Positions 1 to 26,780 of a stretch of 64,000 nucleotides of DNA are shown piece by piece. The notes under the pieces are model-generated. The model ran no database searches. It worked only from the letters and a program-made list of their open reading frames with translations, and was not told the DNA's origin. The number at the start of each line of letters is the position of its first letter. The stretch's first letter is position 1. Made by a program: the position numbers and the translations under genes. The stretch comes from Paraspadella gotoi. Its lineage: Eukaryota; Animalia; Chaetognatha. The stretch is taken from positions 9,668,968 through 9,732,967 of the forward strand of contig CM119264.1 of the NCBI GenBank assembly GCA_051294375.1. Direction: 5' to 3'.

Positions 1-56
1 TTTTTCTTGTGTCTAAACGCCGCGTCGAAAAATGAAGTGATGATTTGCAAGGAGTT

Positions 57-70
57 TGATTGATTAATTA

Positions 71-112
<42 letters not shown>

Positions 113-120
113 TGACTGAC

Positions 121-157
<37 letters not shown>

Positions 158-175
158 AATTTATTGATTGATCGA
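57..175. repeat. (ATTG)n microsatellite
   Basis: Direct reading. Confidence 0.9.
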
Positions 176-1756
176 TTAATATATTTTTGATCGATTCGTA
201 GTTTTAATTATATTTACCCCTCATTGTAAACATTTATTGATTTTATGTATCTTATTCTTCCAATAATTTTTTTTAATCAATTCTCTCGTTCATCATTCTC
301 CCGGCGCCCCGAAGGTTTTCCCGCTCGTTACCGCCTTCATTCATTTGAACGACCGCAGTCCATCCTCATATCGGTTATCTATCGTCCTTCGATGTCGTCG
401 TCGTCGTCGTCGTCGTCATCGTCGTCGTTTTTTCTTCGATGGCATCGTCATTTTTCGTTAGTCTCTCTCAGTCTCCGCATGTACCAAGAAAAAAAAATGT
501 CCTCGTAGCAAATGAATAAGTTCTTTGATTAAAGAATGAATATATTAAAAAAAGTTTTAATTTTTTTCTTTTTTATCTTTTTTAATTCTAAATTTGGTCC
601 AGTGAATATATAATTAGTCTGAACTAGATTTAATTTATTATTTCCGTCTTTATTTTGAATGGAAATTAACTCTTATTGTTTTATTTGAAAAGGTAATAAA
701 ATCAATTTAAGAACAGAATGGATTATTGTTACAACTGAGAAAAACCGTAGATTTTTAGATCTAGATATTTTTGTCATTATTGAGATTAAAGACGAAGTCT
801 TTTTACATCAACGATTGATTTTTATTTGACAGACATGACATCAATAATACCTAATCACAACGAAAAGAAAGAATATTCGCAATAATTTTGTCAAAAAAAC
901 TTTAATTCGGATTTGCAAGTTAGGGAAAAAGCGTTTACGTTTCCATTTTCTTCTCATGCTTTATGTATGTTTTTTTATTATTCTTATTAAATTTTCTTTA
1001 GTTTTATATTTTATAACTTTCCATCTCTAAAAAAGAAATTTTTGTCGGTAGCATTTACGAAAAGCTTTTATTTTTTTATTTTTTTATTTTTTCCTTTCTT
1101 TCTTTTATTCTTTTTTTTTTTTTTTTTTGGTTTCTCCAAAAAATTTGCCTTCGAATTGAAATTATTAGAATGAATAAGTAATGCAACGATAAACTTTCCA
1201 TCTTCTTATCACATTACATGGCTTTGGCGCTTGATGGACAAGCGGAGCGAGCTTGTGACTCATCCGAGCAATACAAAAGCTAAAGAGCTACTGGAGTCGA
1301 AAAATGAGGCCGGTAAGGTATCACTTTAAAAGACCAGTTGGCTTTTAAAAAGAAAGTGCTAATCCTTTATGCAAAGACTCGTCTTGTCGAGACGAGAAGA
1401 GAAGTTTAAATAGAGAAAGAAATAGAGTGAATCGCCAGTCGTGGTCGAACGCGTGGGCGCTCGCGACAGAACACTTAGCAAAAAGGGTCGAAGAGTCGGG
1501 AGTCGGCGTTTGGAGAAGATGGGGGGGAGGGTGGATGGGGGAGAGGTTGATTTTTAGGGGGTGGAGCTGGTGATTACAGGGGGGGATGATTGGGGGGGGT
1601 TCTTTTTTCTTCATCTCTTAGGTTATGCGTTATTTCTATGTGGGCTTTTTTTTTTTTTGGTTATAAAATTGGGGACATTATCGGGTTTATGGATGGGTCA
1701 CAGCCATAGCTTATAATGGATGAATGTAAGAAAGTAAAGAAAATAAAGAAAAAAAA

Positions 1757-1757
<1 letters not shown>

Positions 1758-1840
<83 letters not shown>

Positions 1841-1841
1841 A
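1758..1841. repeat. (AAAG)n microsatellite (others at 11404-11488, 18073-18155)
   Basis: Direct reading. Confidence 0.95.
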
Positions 1842-1986
1842 ACAAATAAACAAATAAACATCGGGCGAAACACTAAATTGAATCGATATAACGAATTAGA
1901 CTTTAATCTACACCGAGATTAAGAGAAAACGAAACGAAGCAAAATTGAAGGAAAGAACAAGAATCTCCTTCGGTCTTCGGCTCAGG

Positions 1987-2114
<128 letters not shown>

Positions 2115-2529
2115 CTTAGTCTAAGAAGGAGGGAATATCGTAAATTCTGAATTTGTTCTCACTCGAGCTCGACCCGAGATCCGACTTGATTTTTTCCCTG
2201 TTTTATTGCTTGCCTTTTCTTAATTTATTTTGTTGCCTTTTCTCTATTTCTCTTTCTCTCTCTTTCTCTCTCTCTCTTTTCTTTTTCTCTCGCTTTCTTT
2301 TTTCTCTCTACCTCGATGTCTCTTTCTCTCCTTTTCAATTTCTGTTTTCTTTATTTTTTTATCGTCTTAATAATTATATCCTTTGATTTTCGTTTTTGAT
2401 TTTTTTCTTTACTTCTCTTTATTGTTCTTTCTTTCCATAGTGGGTTTTTTTCCTTCTCTCTCTGTTTTTCTTTCCCCTCTCTTTTTTATGTCTCTATCTC
2501 GTTCTCCTACTCTATCTGGAATTTTTCTT

Positions 2530-2563
<34 letters not shown>

Positions 2564-3648
2564 TCTCTCTCCTCTCTCTCTCTCTCTCTTCTCTCTCTCT
2601 TTCTCTCTTTTTTGCATTTTTTATTCTTCTCTCTTTCTCTCTCACAGACAAGAAAGCAGGCAAATTTGCTGAGCTAAAAAGAAAATATGGGTTTTCTTCC
2701 TCGCAAGGCAGAGGATTATGTAAAACTGTGTCTTGTATAAGCTGTCTGCGCATTGTGCTACAGAAAAAAAAAAAGAATTACCACCATAATATCCATAAAA
2801 GAGAAGAAGCTTTGTTGATTTATAGTCTCGGTAATTATCATTATCACAAAATAGGTACTATCTTCCACCACGGCTCGGCCATCAAGTCGCTGACATTGCC
2901 GCGTTATAATTTTCTTTTAACCTTGAAGCATAAAAATAGCAGACAAAATGCAACGGCGTTCCCGTTGTTGTTGTTGTGGTTTTTGTTGTTGCCGCTGTCG
3001 TTGTTGTTGATGTTGTTTTTGTTAATGTTGAGTTTTTTCGTAGTGTTCCTTTAAAGAGAATAAAACAAAATCTTTCCCAATGAAATATTCAGTCTTAAAC
3101 GGGATGAATATCTCTTCTTAGTTAATTTGAGGATGATGAACGACGTTCTGCCCATTATTTCACCATGTTTACCGACTCGTCTCTCAAAATCAAAATAAAC
3201 ATTTTTTTTCTCACATTTTTTTTCTCAGGGTATTTTGACCCAGACGCCAACGACGACATGAAAAACGAAACGACGACCGCAGAAACGACGATGACGATGT
3301 ATGAAAACAACAACAACAACAACAACTCTAACATTTCTTTGTCAGATATTTCCACCGGTCCAGGTATTCATTAATAGAGATGAAACGTCGAGGAAAGCCT
3401 GAGCCTAAGGATTAAAAAGCAGAGGCCCTGCTTGTCCTCCTGTGGTTATGAATTCAACGCCCCAAACGGAGGATGAAAAAGCGAACGAGTGTCACCTGGA
3501 TTCAACGACGCAAACGAGGACGTATGGGCCGACGACGACGACGACGACGACGACGTTCCCCGCCGAGAGAATTGGGCCGTTTCAATGGGTTGACTTGCCT
3601 CAAACCATCCCCGTTTTTAAATTTGGCTTAAAACTACGACGACGACGA

Positions 3649-3691
<43 letters not shown>

Positions 3692-4091
3692 AAAGTCTCA
3701 CGCTGGCGACGACGACGAAACCGCAGACGACGATGACTAATATTACGAGGACGATAACGACAAGGACAACTTTTCGGCCTCTCCTATTTTTTTTCTTTTC
3801 TTTTTACTTTTTTTCTTTCTTTTCTTTTTGCCTCTCCTCCTTTCTTTCTATCGGTCGCAACGAATGCGGGGTTAGTTGCACCCATTAAGTCTGGCCTCAC
3901 CTTTTGCTGGTCAATACTTACGAAGGCGGAAGAAAGTAGGAGGTGGTGGGGAAAGAGAGGCTGGGGGGATGGAAGAGAGTGAGAGGCTGATTAGTAAAAA
4001 GGGGAAGTGTAAAGAAAGAAGAAAAAAGATTGAAACAACTTAGAGGGATCGTAAGGAAAAATATTAAACGCATATTCGAAGGTAATCTTGA

Positions 4092-4415
4092 GAAAAAGAA
4101 AAGGCAAAGAATATTGAGAGAAGAATAGACAGAGAAAGAGAAATAGAAAAAAGAAAAAGACAGAAAAAGACAGAAGAAGAGAGAGATAAAGGCACGAAAA
4201 AGAAAAGGCAAAGAATATTGAGAGAAGAATAGAAAGAAAAAGAGAAATATAAAAAAGAAAAAGACAGAAAAAGACAGAAGAAGAGAAAGGTAAAGGCACG
4301 AAAAAGAAAAGGCAAAGAATATTGAGAGAAGAATAGACAGAAAAAGAGAAATAGAAAAAAGAAAAAGACAGAAAAAAATAAAGGTAAAGGCTTGAAAAAG
4401 AAAAGGCAAAGAATT
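4092..4415. repeat. Purine-rich tandem repeat, 104-bp unit x ~3
   Basis: ggcaaagaatattgagagaagaatag at 4103, 4207, 4311 and a partial fourth copy near 4405. Confidence 0.9.
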
Positions 4416-4765
4416 TTAAAAGAAGAAAAGACAAAAGAATTAGGAGAAAAGAAATTGCGTGAAGATGAGGGGATAAAATAAAGGTAGAAATAAAATAATA
4501 AATAAATACGACGTGAGAAAATTGGAGAGGAAAATAAAAAAATGGCTGAAAAGGCACGTTGGCGACGATTATGACGACGTCGATAACGACAACGACGATG
4601 ACTTTCGCATTAATAATAAAGTGTTAGCCTAATCAACGTCTCAGCAATTTATTGTTAAGAGCTTGTTGAATCTAACTTAACTTATAATGAGACTTATTTT
4701 TTATCTCTCTTTTATCTTTTCAGTTTCGTTTCGGTTCTATAATGTACCCTGAGATTGGGCGTGTT

Positions 4766-4870
<105 letters not shown>

Positions 4871-5177
4871 CATGACATACTTTTTTTCTAAAATGGGAAA
4901 ACCCTTGCCAAATCTTAAATCACATTTAAAATGACAACAAGAGTTGCTAAGATTTACACGTAAAGAAACCAAATATAAATATAGAACTACTACTATTAAA
5001 ACATTTTAAAACCATAATAAAAATACAGAAAAAAACAATTTAAGGAATTTAGAAAAGACAGCTTCTGCAGAAAAAGGTTACGACTTAATCGAAACACAAA
5101 GAAACAACAAAAGCAAAGAAAATAAACCAACGTCGTCGCTAGGAGACGAACTAATTTTCTCCTGTTTATTTTTTCAG

Positions 5178-17385
<12,208 letters not shown>

Positions 17386-17503
17386 GTAAGAAGAAATGGC
17401 GTTATTAACTAGATACAATATAGTAAAAATCGATATCGAATATTCCATGCGTCAGCATCGCTTTCTCTTTCTTTCTTTCTTTCTCTCTCTCTTTCTTTCT
17501 TTC

Positions 17504-17710
17504 NNNNNNNNNNNNNNNNNNNNNNNNNNNNNNNNNNNNNNNNNNNNNNNNNNNNNNNNNNNNNNNNNNNNNNNNNNNNNNNNNNNNNNNNNNNNNNNNN
17601 NNNNNNNNNNNNNNNNNNNNNNNNNNNNNNNNNNNNNNNNNNNNNNNNNNNNNNNNNNNNNNNNNNNNNNNNNNNNNNNNNNNNNNNNNNNNNNNNNNNN
17701 NNNNNNNNNN
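17504..17710. other. Assembly gap (207 N) inside a (CTTT)n tract; other gaps 18327-18351, 21815-21839, 48653-48677 (25 N each) and 33237-33246 (10 N)
   Basis: N runs counted in sequence. Confidence 0.98.
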
Positions 17711-18071
17711 TTTTTCTTTGCTTTCTTTCTTTCTTTTTTCTTTCTTGTTCTTTCTGTCTTTCTCTCTCGTCTGACTGATCTCTCAGTCTCTTCTTTCTCG
17801 CTAGTTTTTGATCCCACGGACTTTCCCTATTAACCCTCAGGGCAGAGAAAGCCTTGCTTTTCCTTGCCTCGACTTGCCAGTCTCAATATTTCACGCGATA
17901 TAAAAGACAACTCGACAACTACTTAAGCCGCTTTCTCACTATCGCTCGGCGCCGGCTCTCGGCCGAATCTAAGAAGACAAAGAGGATGAAGAAGAAGAAA
18001 CGAGGAAAGAAAAAAATAGGAAAGAAGAAAAGGAAAGAAAGGCATAACAAAAATGAGAAAGAAAGATAGAT

Positions 18072-18155
<84 letters not shown>

Positions 18156-18351
18156 AAAAAAAAAGAAAGAAAAAAAGAAAGAAAGATTCAAAACAATAAA
18201 AAAAGACAAAGAGCAAAGAAGAAATAGGGTGATTTGCGCTCGAAGCCTAAATCAAGAGACTTCGAGAGAAATTAAGTAACAGATCGAGTCGAACCAAATC
18301 ATTCTTATGCGGCGTCTGTGCCAGATNNNNNNNNNNNNNNNNNNNNNNNNN

Positions 18352-21300
18352 AAGCCTACTGCAAACAAAGCCCGCTGTCACAACCGAATCCCTATATTGG
18401 CATCAGTTTAAGCTAACGGTAAGAAGATTAAATGGCGTTATTAATCTAGATACGCTAATCTATAGTAAAAAATTAATTCAAGAATGATACCCTCGCGAAT
18501 TACCTTCCCTGATGCCCTGTGATGTCAGCATCGGACACTTTCTCGCACTTTCTTTCCCTCTCGGTTCCCTTGTGATCTCTCGATGTGAGATCTGCATACT
18601 TGTGACGTTTCAGAGCTGTCTTATCTTTGAGAGCATATGTAGCTGTATATCTTCATGATGATTCGTATTGCATATGAGATGTGCAATCCATCGTGTGCTA
18701 TTTGACTTTCAGCGTATAGTGTCATATGTAGAATGTCTTCATTAGACAGTGACCTCTCATTGCTATCTACGTCACCTCCTGGCATCGACTCGTGTTCCAC
18801 CGATGGTATCAAACTTGGTTATTACCACCTAGTACTTATGTGCCATTCAGGAGGGCCAATCGTTCCTTACAATTCACGTTGACCACTCTGCTCCATTCGA
18901 ATCTGACCTGTATGTGAACACCCAAAAATGTTCATATTTTATTTCCCCGGCCTTCGCTGACCTTCCAACATTGTTGACATTCGAGGTATAATCGAGTTTG
19001 GACTCTCCTCCCATCAAGGAGAAACTCAGATTGGCGCTTGATCTGCCGCCTTGTTACCACTAAAAATAACTTCTAACTATATATAATTACTACCCTTAAT
19101 ATTTAAAAAACCTAAAACGTATATAACGATTATTTAAAAACATCACTACATCGGATCTCAATTCTTCGTTGAATGCCTCGGCGGTACTGGGTCATCTTCT
19201 CTCATACTTCCGTGATACGCTCTTACTATTTATGAGGTTCACAAATGAAATTCACAGTGTATTGGAAGATAACTATACAAATTTTAACATCTTTTAGACG
19301 TCTTTCTCAACAATTTTAGACTCACTCGTCGAAAGAGTCTCCATATCTCTACTCTGACTCAGAACTATCAACATCAGATAGGTGAATTGTTTGTTTTCGA
19401 ACTATATAGAAGCCGAGGAGAAGAACAGCTGAACGGTATGAGACCGCACGCTTCGCTGTGACGTCTCAGTTCTCGCTCATGTTTGATTAATGATTGTGTA
19501 AATATGACGCTTATTGTTGATATTTAAATACAGTTTTAATTTCTGTTGCAAAAGTTTCATCGGAGCCGAACCAGCCGGGAGAAACCGGTCTCTATATTCG
19601 CTGAAGATAGGTGAGACGAGCCCGATCGGGAGGGACGTCATCATATAACATCCATATACTTCTAAAGAGGCGGCACTCAGGGGGCCAAGAAGGAAGAAAA
19701 AGACCGATATGCATATTTCTATAGCACGTCGAACAGCAATTGCAAAACATAGACAAAGTACAAGATCAAATAATTTCATACGCATATAATATAAAAAAGA
19801 AACAAACATAAACAGACAAGAAAATGACTACACACTAAGACCCGCTCTCACATAAATGGCGCTCAGAGCTCCCGCGCGTGGTTTCTAATGAACTCGACCT
19901 ATACTGATGACGGAACCGAATCTATAAGAGCATCAAAGTTAGCCAGAGGATGAAGAAAGAATGGAGGAAAGAACTGGAGTGCGATCATTATAGAATCCGC
20001 ATTACAAACAATTATAGGTGGAAGGAGAAAGAAAAACGGGGAAGACCCAGAGTCAATTCACAAATAGAGAAAAGAAAGATAAGATAAAGAAAGGAGAAAG
20101 AAAAAAAGAAAAACGAGGAAAAGTACTATTATAAGGTTTTGCATAAATTTAAATTCTTAATAAGTACTACCCGAGGCAATAATTAGATAAATGTATATTT
20201 AGATTCATTTTGTAGAATTATTTTTAAAGAATACACGAGGCCAATAACTATAAAGACCTAAAATTAAGGAGGAGCTAATGATATTATTTATACTAAGAAA
20301 GAAATGAAAGAAATCGTATGCTGAAGATAAATTCCGCCAGAGATTATAGAAATATGATCCAAAGAATCACAAAAAAAAAAATAAAAGTCAAAACAACAGT
20401 TAATATAATAAAAGACAAAAAAGAATAAAAGGATAATAAATAAAGAAAGAAAGATCAAAACAATAAAAAAAGACAAAGAGCAAAAGAAGAGGAATAGAGT
20501 GAGGGTGGTTGTATTTGCTGGTGTCGGTCGTAAGGCCTTCCCAAAATCAAAGCCGAATCTTCGAGAGGCCAAATCCCGTCACCGACGAGACCATATACAA
20601 GTCTACGTAAGGAATCGAATGTCGATACCAAGGATGCAATTTCTATGCCCGCGCCGCAGTTCTGTGGCTCAGATTTCAACGAAATAAAGATGAAGAGAGA
20701 CAGAGAGAGAGAGAGAATGAGATATAAGAGAGAGAGAGAGAGCAGAGAGAGAGAAAGATGAGGAGAAGAGACGAAGAGACCCGATGAGTGTAGAGAGAAT
20801 GATGAGTTCACAGAGGAGGGGGAGGAAGGAACCCGCATAAGGAAAAAGTAGGTGTGTGAAAGGAGAAAGAGAACGCCTACTATAGTTGAGAGGAAGAATT
20901 TCACTCCTTGTCATTCTTAATGTAGCTGTAAATCCAGTTCTTCAGCAAGGCGGCACGGGAAGCAGACTCTCTTCCTCTCTTCTCCCATACTCCGCTCAAA
21001 CCATCTAAACTCCACTCTCTGCGTGCCTAACTCATCTCTTACTCTCTCTCTCTACACTTCTCCTCTTTACTCTCTATTGGCCTCCTCATACTCACTCTCT
21101 CTTCTCTCTCTCATCCTCTCTCTCCTCTCGAAATGTCATACTTTTGGTTTAAACCTACGATTATAAAAATAAACAGAGCAACTGTATATTTTATCACATT
21201 TTCATTTATATATACTTTTCAAAGAGTTTCTCCCTATATATACTTTCTCTATATAGGCATTTTGTATATATTCTCCGCTCCATCTCTCCTACCCACTTTT

Positions 21301-21814
21301 TTTTTTATCCGCAAGTCGAAAATTTAAATTTTTCTTTTCAATGTTCTTTTTTTCGCAGTTTCCTCCTTTGTGTTTTGCTCCGTTTTTTTTTCCATCCCAC
21401 GTAGTTGTAGGTAGAGAATTGTTATGACTTGTTTATCTTGAAAACCGTTTTATTTATTTAAATTTTATCTGCAAACACGAAAGTCACCGGCTCAAATGGC
21501 GTAGCGCAGTTCGGATATGGCGCCCCATATTTGACGCACATTTCCTTCCTTTTTTTGGCCTAGATCTTTTTACTATACTTTCCTTTTCTTTCTTTATTTT
21601 TAGTTTTTGACTTTGCATGCAAATACGATTAACTTTACCCTTGATTTAGCACCAAGGGTATATGTATTAAGACATATCGAATAAAGTAATTTTTTAAACA
21701 GGAAATCATCAGAAGTGTTATCGTCCGTTTTGATTCAGATTTTGATAGGAAAGCAAAGTTTCACCCATCACCCTTTCCATGTGAATTCGTAATTTTGTCT
21801 TCGGTATTTTGGAA
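18352..21814 (+). other. Low-quality segment between two 25-N spacers that re-reads 17338-18326 with heavy insertion noise, then continues
   Basis: Start aagcctactgcaaacaaagcccgc...ggtaagaagattaaatggcgttatta mirrors 17338-17410; 20440-20570 mirrors 18170-18270. Confidence 0.8.
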
Positions 21815-21862
21815 NNNNNNNNNNNNNNNNNNNNNNNNNAGAGGAGGAAGAGGTAGAGAGAG

Positions 21863-21893
<31 letters not shown>

Positions 21894-22044
21894 GAGAGAG
21901 AGAGAGATTGGTGTGCGTGTGTGGGAAGGGTCGGTTGTGGACGAGGGTCGTCAAAGGCGGCCAAGTGCGGCAGCATCAGTGGCGCAAAGGGCCACGTTTC
22001 ACTATTGGAAACGGAAAACGGAAACGAATGGCACATCAGAATTT

Positions 22045-22748
22045 CCAAAATACCGGAAGACAAATTTAACCGAAATTCACATGGAAAAGGGTGATGGGTG
22101 AATACTTTGCTTTTCCTATCAAAAAGTCTGAACATTCAGAAACGGTACGAATAACAAACCTTGCATCGATGATTTGTTATCCTTTTCAAAAAATTACTTA
22201 TATTCGACTATGGTCTTAATAACATATACCTTGGTGCTAAATCAAGGGTAAAGTTAATCGTATTTGCATTGCAAAGTCAAAACATAAAAATAACAGAAAG
22301 GAAAAGGAAGTTATATGTATAAAAGAACTCTAAGGGCCAAAGAAAAAGGAAGGAAATGTGCGTCAAATATGGGGCGCCCAGTAATAGCCGAACTGGGCGG
22401 CTTACGGTCCATTTGAGCCGGTGACTTTCGGCAGAAAAAGAAAAAAATAAACGTTACTAAGATGAAACAAGTCCTAACATTCTCAACCATACGAACACTG
22501 TGAAAAAAAAACGGAGCACAAAAGGGAAGTCTGCGAAAAAAAAAAACATTGAAAAGAAAAAATAAATTTCGACCGCGGATAAAAAACGAGTGGGGTAGGA
22601 GAGAAGGGAGGACGGAGAAAATACAAAGAATGCCGAGAAAAGAGAATAAGGGAGAAACTCTTTGAAAAGAACCAAAATGAAATAGGTGAACAAAGATATC
22701 AGTTGTGCGTGTTTATTTTTCTTAACGAAGGGTAGCAAAGTATGACAC

Positions 22749-22806
<58 letters not shown>

Positions 22807-23620
22807 AGTGAGAGAGAGACAGAACGAGTCCTCCTGCCGCTGCTGAGAAACTGATTTAGCAGCACGCATTTAGAATGGACAAGAGTGAATTCGCTTCCTC
22901 TCACTATACGAGGCGTTCTCTGTCTGCTCTATCCTCTTCTACCTCTCTCTCTCGTCTCTCTTCTCTTCTCGCTTCATCTCTCATTTCATCGTCCTTCTCC
23001 TCTCTCTCTCGCGTGATTTCTGGCTCGAATGGCAGACGCCGCATAAGAATGATTTGGTTCGACTCAGATCTGTTACTTAATTTCTCTCGAAGTCTGCTTC
23101 GATTTTAGGCTTCGAGCGGCAAATCACCCCTATTTCTTCTTTGCTCTTTGTCTTTTTTTAATTGTTTTGAATCTGCTTCTTTTCCTTTTTTCTTCCTTAT
23201 TTTTTTTTTTTTTTTCTTTCTTTCGTTGTCTTTCTTTCTTTCTTTTCTGGTTCTTTCTTTCTTGTGCTTTCTTTCTTTCTTTCCTTACTTTTTTCAAATC
23301 TCTTTCTTTCTTTCTTTCTTTCTTTCTTTTCTATATCTAATGCTTTCTTTCTGCATGTTTTGTCTATTGCCTTTTCTTTCCTTTTCTTCTTTCCGTCAGT
23401 TCTTTTTCTTTCGCCTCGTTTCGTTCTTCTTCCATCCTCTTTGTCTTCGTTCTAATTGCGGCGAGAGCCGGCGGCCGAGCGATATGGTGAGGAAGCGGCT
23501 TAAGTAGTTGTCGAGTTGTCTTTTATATCGCTGTGAAATATTGAGACTGGCAAGTAGAGGCAAAAAGGAAAAGCAAGGCTTTCTCTGGACCGCTGAGGGT
23601 TTAATAGGGAAAAGTTCCGT
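22045..23620 (-). repeat. Fold-back inverted copy of 20640-21814 and of 17815-18326
   Basis: ccttggtgctaaatcaagggtaaagttaatcgtatttgca (22230-22270) is the reverse complement of 21618-21657; 23030-23620 is the reverse complement of 17815-18326, with indel-type differences. Confidence 0.9.
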
Positions 23621-25252
23621 AGATCAAACGTAGCGACGAAGAAAAGACGTAAGAACTAGACAAAGGAGGCGGAAGCGGCAGGCCCAGTTTCGCTTCAATA
23701 ATTCGGACAAACGAACATCTGCAATAGATATGTTGAGAGAAGAGAGTAAGAGAAGAGAGAGAGAGAGAGAGAGGAGAGAGAAGAAGAGAGAAGAGAGAAG
23801 AGAGAGAGAGAGAAAAGAAAGAGAAGAAAGAAAGAAAGAAAGATAAAGAAAGAAAAAGAAAGAAAGAAAGAAAGAAAAGAAAAGAAAGAAAGAAAGAAAG
23901 AAAGAAAGAAGAAAAAAGAAAGAAAAGAAAGAAAGAAAGAAAGAAAGAAAGAAATAGAAATGATGAGAGATAGAGATAGAGAAAGACGATCGACTCTCTC
24001 TCTCTCTCTGTCTCTATTTCGCCATCCAATGTATGGCGCGATGTATAAATCGACGGCGAGGGCGTCAGTGAGCCGCACGTTTCGGCGCCGCCCACTCACG
24101 GCGAAGCGCTGAACCAGGCTGTTTCTGTTTCGCTGTCTTTTTTTTGCCCTCTCTTTTCCCCTGACTGTTGTGGTATTCGTGTTTAATTTTTTTTTCTTCA
24201 AATTTTGTTTTTTAAACTAATGTCTTCGGCGCTCTCTTGTTCCGTTACTCAAGTGACGCGAAATACTGACTGGGTTCTAGGATGAATATTCTTCTTCATA
24301 ACTATTCACTATTCATTCAGCTATTTCCAGTGTGGTTTGAAAAAAAAGAATTCGTCGGTTTTGTATAATTTAGACCGTTTTTATCCACTCGTTTTTGGTC
24401 TTTTTTTTCTTTCTTCGTTCATTTTCATGTTATACTTACATTACATATACCGGTTTAGTTAGTATACGGCTTACGTACTGTCGGTGGGCTACTTGCGTCG
24501 TGGACAAGCGTCGGTCTTTCGGCACGCGACGTATGCGTGTCAGCCTTTTTTCTGTTGCGCGTTTTGTCAACACGTGAAGAACAAACAAACATAGAACCGA
24601 GTTGAAGATACAGAGCTCTTCCTTTAAAATGGGGAATTATTTGGTGCCGCATATGCCTTTGAATGACTTCAATGTCTCACTGGAAAATTTTTATCCTTTC
24701 TATTATCTAAATATTCAATTAGCTAAAGATTAATACTTACGATTACAAACGATACCGACATCGACGCCGGTGATAAAACCAGAAGCACAAACAAAATACT
24801 AACGTAATGAACAGAAGAATAGTTAAATAGGGACAAAAACCGAAATGACCCGGATGGTTCCTTTAACGAATGTAATCGTAGGAAGTTAGAGCAGGTGGGA
24901 GGAGCATTTCGATTTTCATTAGTACCGAATATCGGTTGCCCCCTTGCGTCCGGAGACACATAGTAGGGATTACCCTTAAGGTGGAGCGTTCATATGACGT
25001 TATCAAAAAGAATGGAGAAGAATGTGAGGTCGGATGTGAAGTGAAAAACCGTCTCTCTCTCCCTGAGAGCGGGATGAAGAAGAGAAGGAGTAGGAGACTA
25101 GGAGGATCTCTGAAGAGAGCTCGCTGTTCACTTTCCAAGGATTTCGTTTTAATTTATAAAATTAATTCTCCTTAGAAATTATCTGTAGCACAATAATTCA
25201 TCTTCTGCTCTTCATCCCTCCTCCCCTCTCTCTCTCGTCTCTCTCTTCTCTT

Positions 25253-25308
<56 letters not shown>

Positions 25309-25386
25309 TTCTCATCTCTCTCTGTTTTATATATTCAATACATACATAACATTCTCCTACTCCTCTATTCTCTCCTATCTCTCTCT

Positions 25387-25446
<60 letters not shown>

Positions 25447-25720
25447 TTCTCTCTCTCTCTTTCCTCGGAACAAAGGCTTTTTTTTCTCTCACACGAACGA
25501 AAAACCTTCCATCGGCTCAATCCTGATTAAGCCCTGACCCTCAGCTTTAACCTCACCTCAGGGCGCAACCCTCACTAATTCAACGTGTTCGCGCCCCGGT
25601 CTGACCCACACCCCGGCCCGCCAATACAACTCTCTTTCGCATGGACGCTTGCTGGAATAATTCGCGCGTTTGCTTCTAAGGCTTATGCTCTTATGGTGGA
25701 ATAAAACCCACCGTTCATCA

Positions 25721-25792
25721 GCGGCCATTGGTGCCGGAGGCAAGTCATTCGCCTCCCAACCCAAAGGTCCGGGGTTCTAGCCCGGTGGTCGT
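25721..25792 (+). pseudogene. Degenerate tRNA-like sequence (Gly-CCC-like), likely tRNA pseudogene or SINE head
   Basis: 72 nt; acceptor stem GCGGCCA/TGGTCGT, CTCCCAA loop, B-box-like GGTTCTAGCCC; anticodon stem mispaired, so unlikely to be functional. Confidence 0.45.
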
Positions 25793-26747
25793 CTGGCAGT
25801 TTAGAGGGACGGGGCGCTTAACCCGCCTGTAACATGATGTTACAGCCTGATCCGAAGCTCAGGGACTGCTTATATTGAACGGTTCTATCACTAACTCATA
25901 ACAATAATTACTGTCTCTTCACTCTTCTTATTATTGTGACTAAAATGAAACGATTTACTGAACTACACCTCGAGGTCATTTTAATGTAATAAATATATAG
26001 TTATATACTCTAAATGGAGGGAGGATTTCACAGTACGTATATAATTATTCCTTCGTACACTTTTATTTGTTTCCTCTCTTCCGAGAGTGGAAATTAAAAC
26101 TCATAAGTTGATTTCACATAACATTTAGCTAAGATTTTACAACCAATTCGACATACTTGAGAGAAAAAATGTACCTACTACAGTAAAAGTTAATCAGAAA
26201 GAAAAATAATAGCCCCTGGGTCCGTGAGCAAGAAAGAACGTCGTATTTCCATCTGACGACGACAGCGACGATATCTTCATATAAAACGACATTTTTTTGT
26301 GCAATAAACTCATCTTGACCCCTGATCCCGACACCGTCACCTTAATAATACAATAATAAGAAGGACTGAATTCCTTATTTCCGCTGCCCATAAGAACACC
26401 ACGTTGACGTATCATTGCCCACAAAGTAGACAAGAGCCACATAGACGCCTTTTTTACATCCTGCGTCCCCTGAGGACGCTTCCGATTCGGATTCACCACA
26501 CATTACGTATATCTTCGTTCCCCAACGAGCGCCTACTTCTCTCATCTGTGCTCAACCCCTCCCTTACCCTCGACTCACCTTTACATTCCGCCGAGTCGAA
26601 ACGCAAAGAAATAATCGATGCTGAGCGCGAAAAAAAGGCCGCGTCAGCACCATAGCAGTTTCTTACCTTCGACGACGCGAGACGACACAGGGGGGAAAGA
26701 GAGAAAAGAGAGAGAGAGAGAGAGAGAGGAGAGAGGAGAGGAGAGAG

Positions 26748-26780
<33 letters not shown>

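Noticed and set aside
20640-23030. Large genuine palindrome or fold-back element
   Set aside because: Centred on a 25-N spacer, with arms differing by read-error-like indels.
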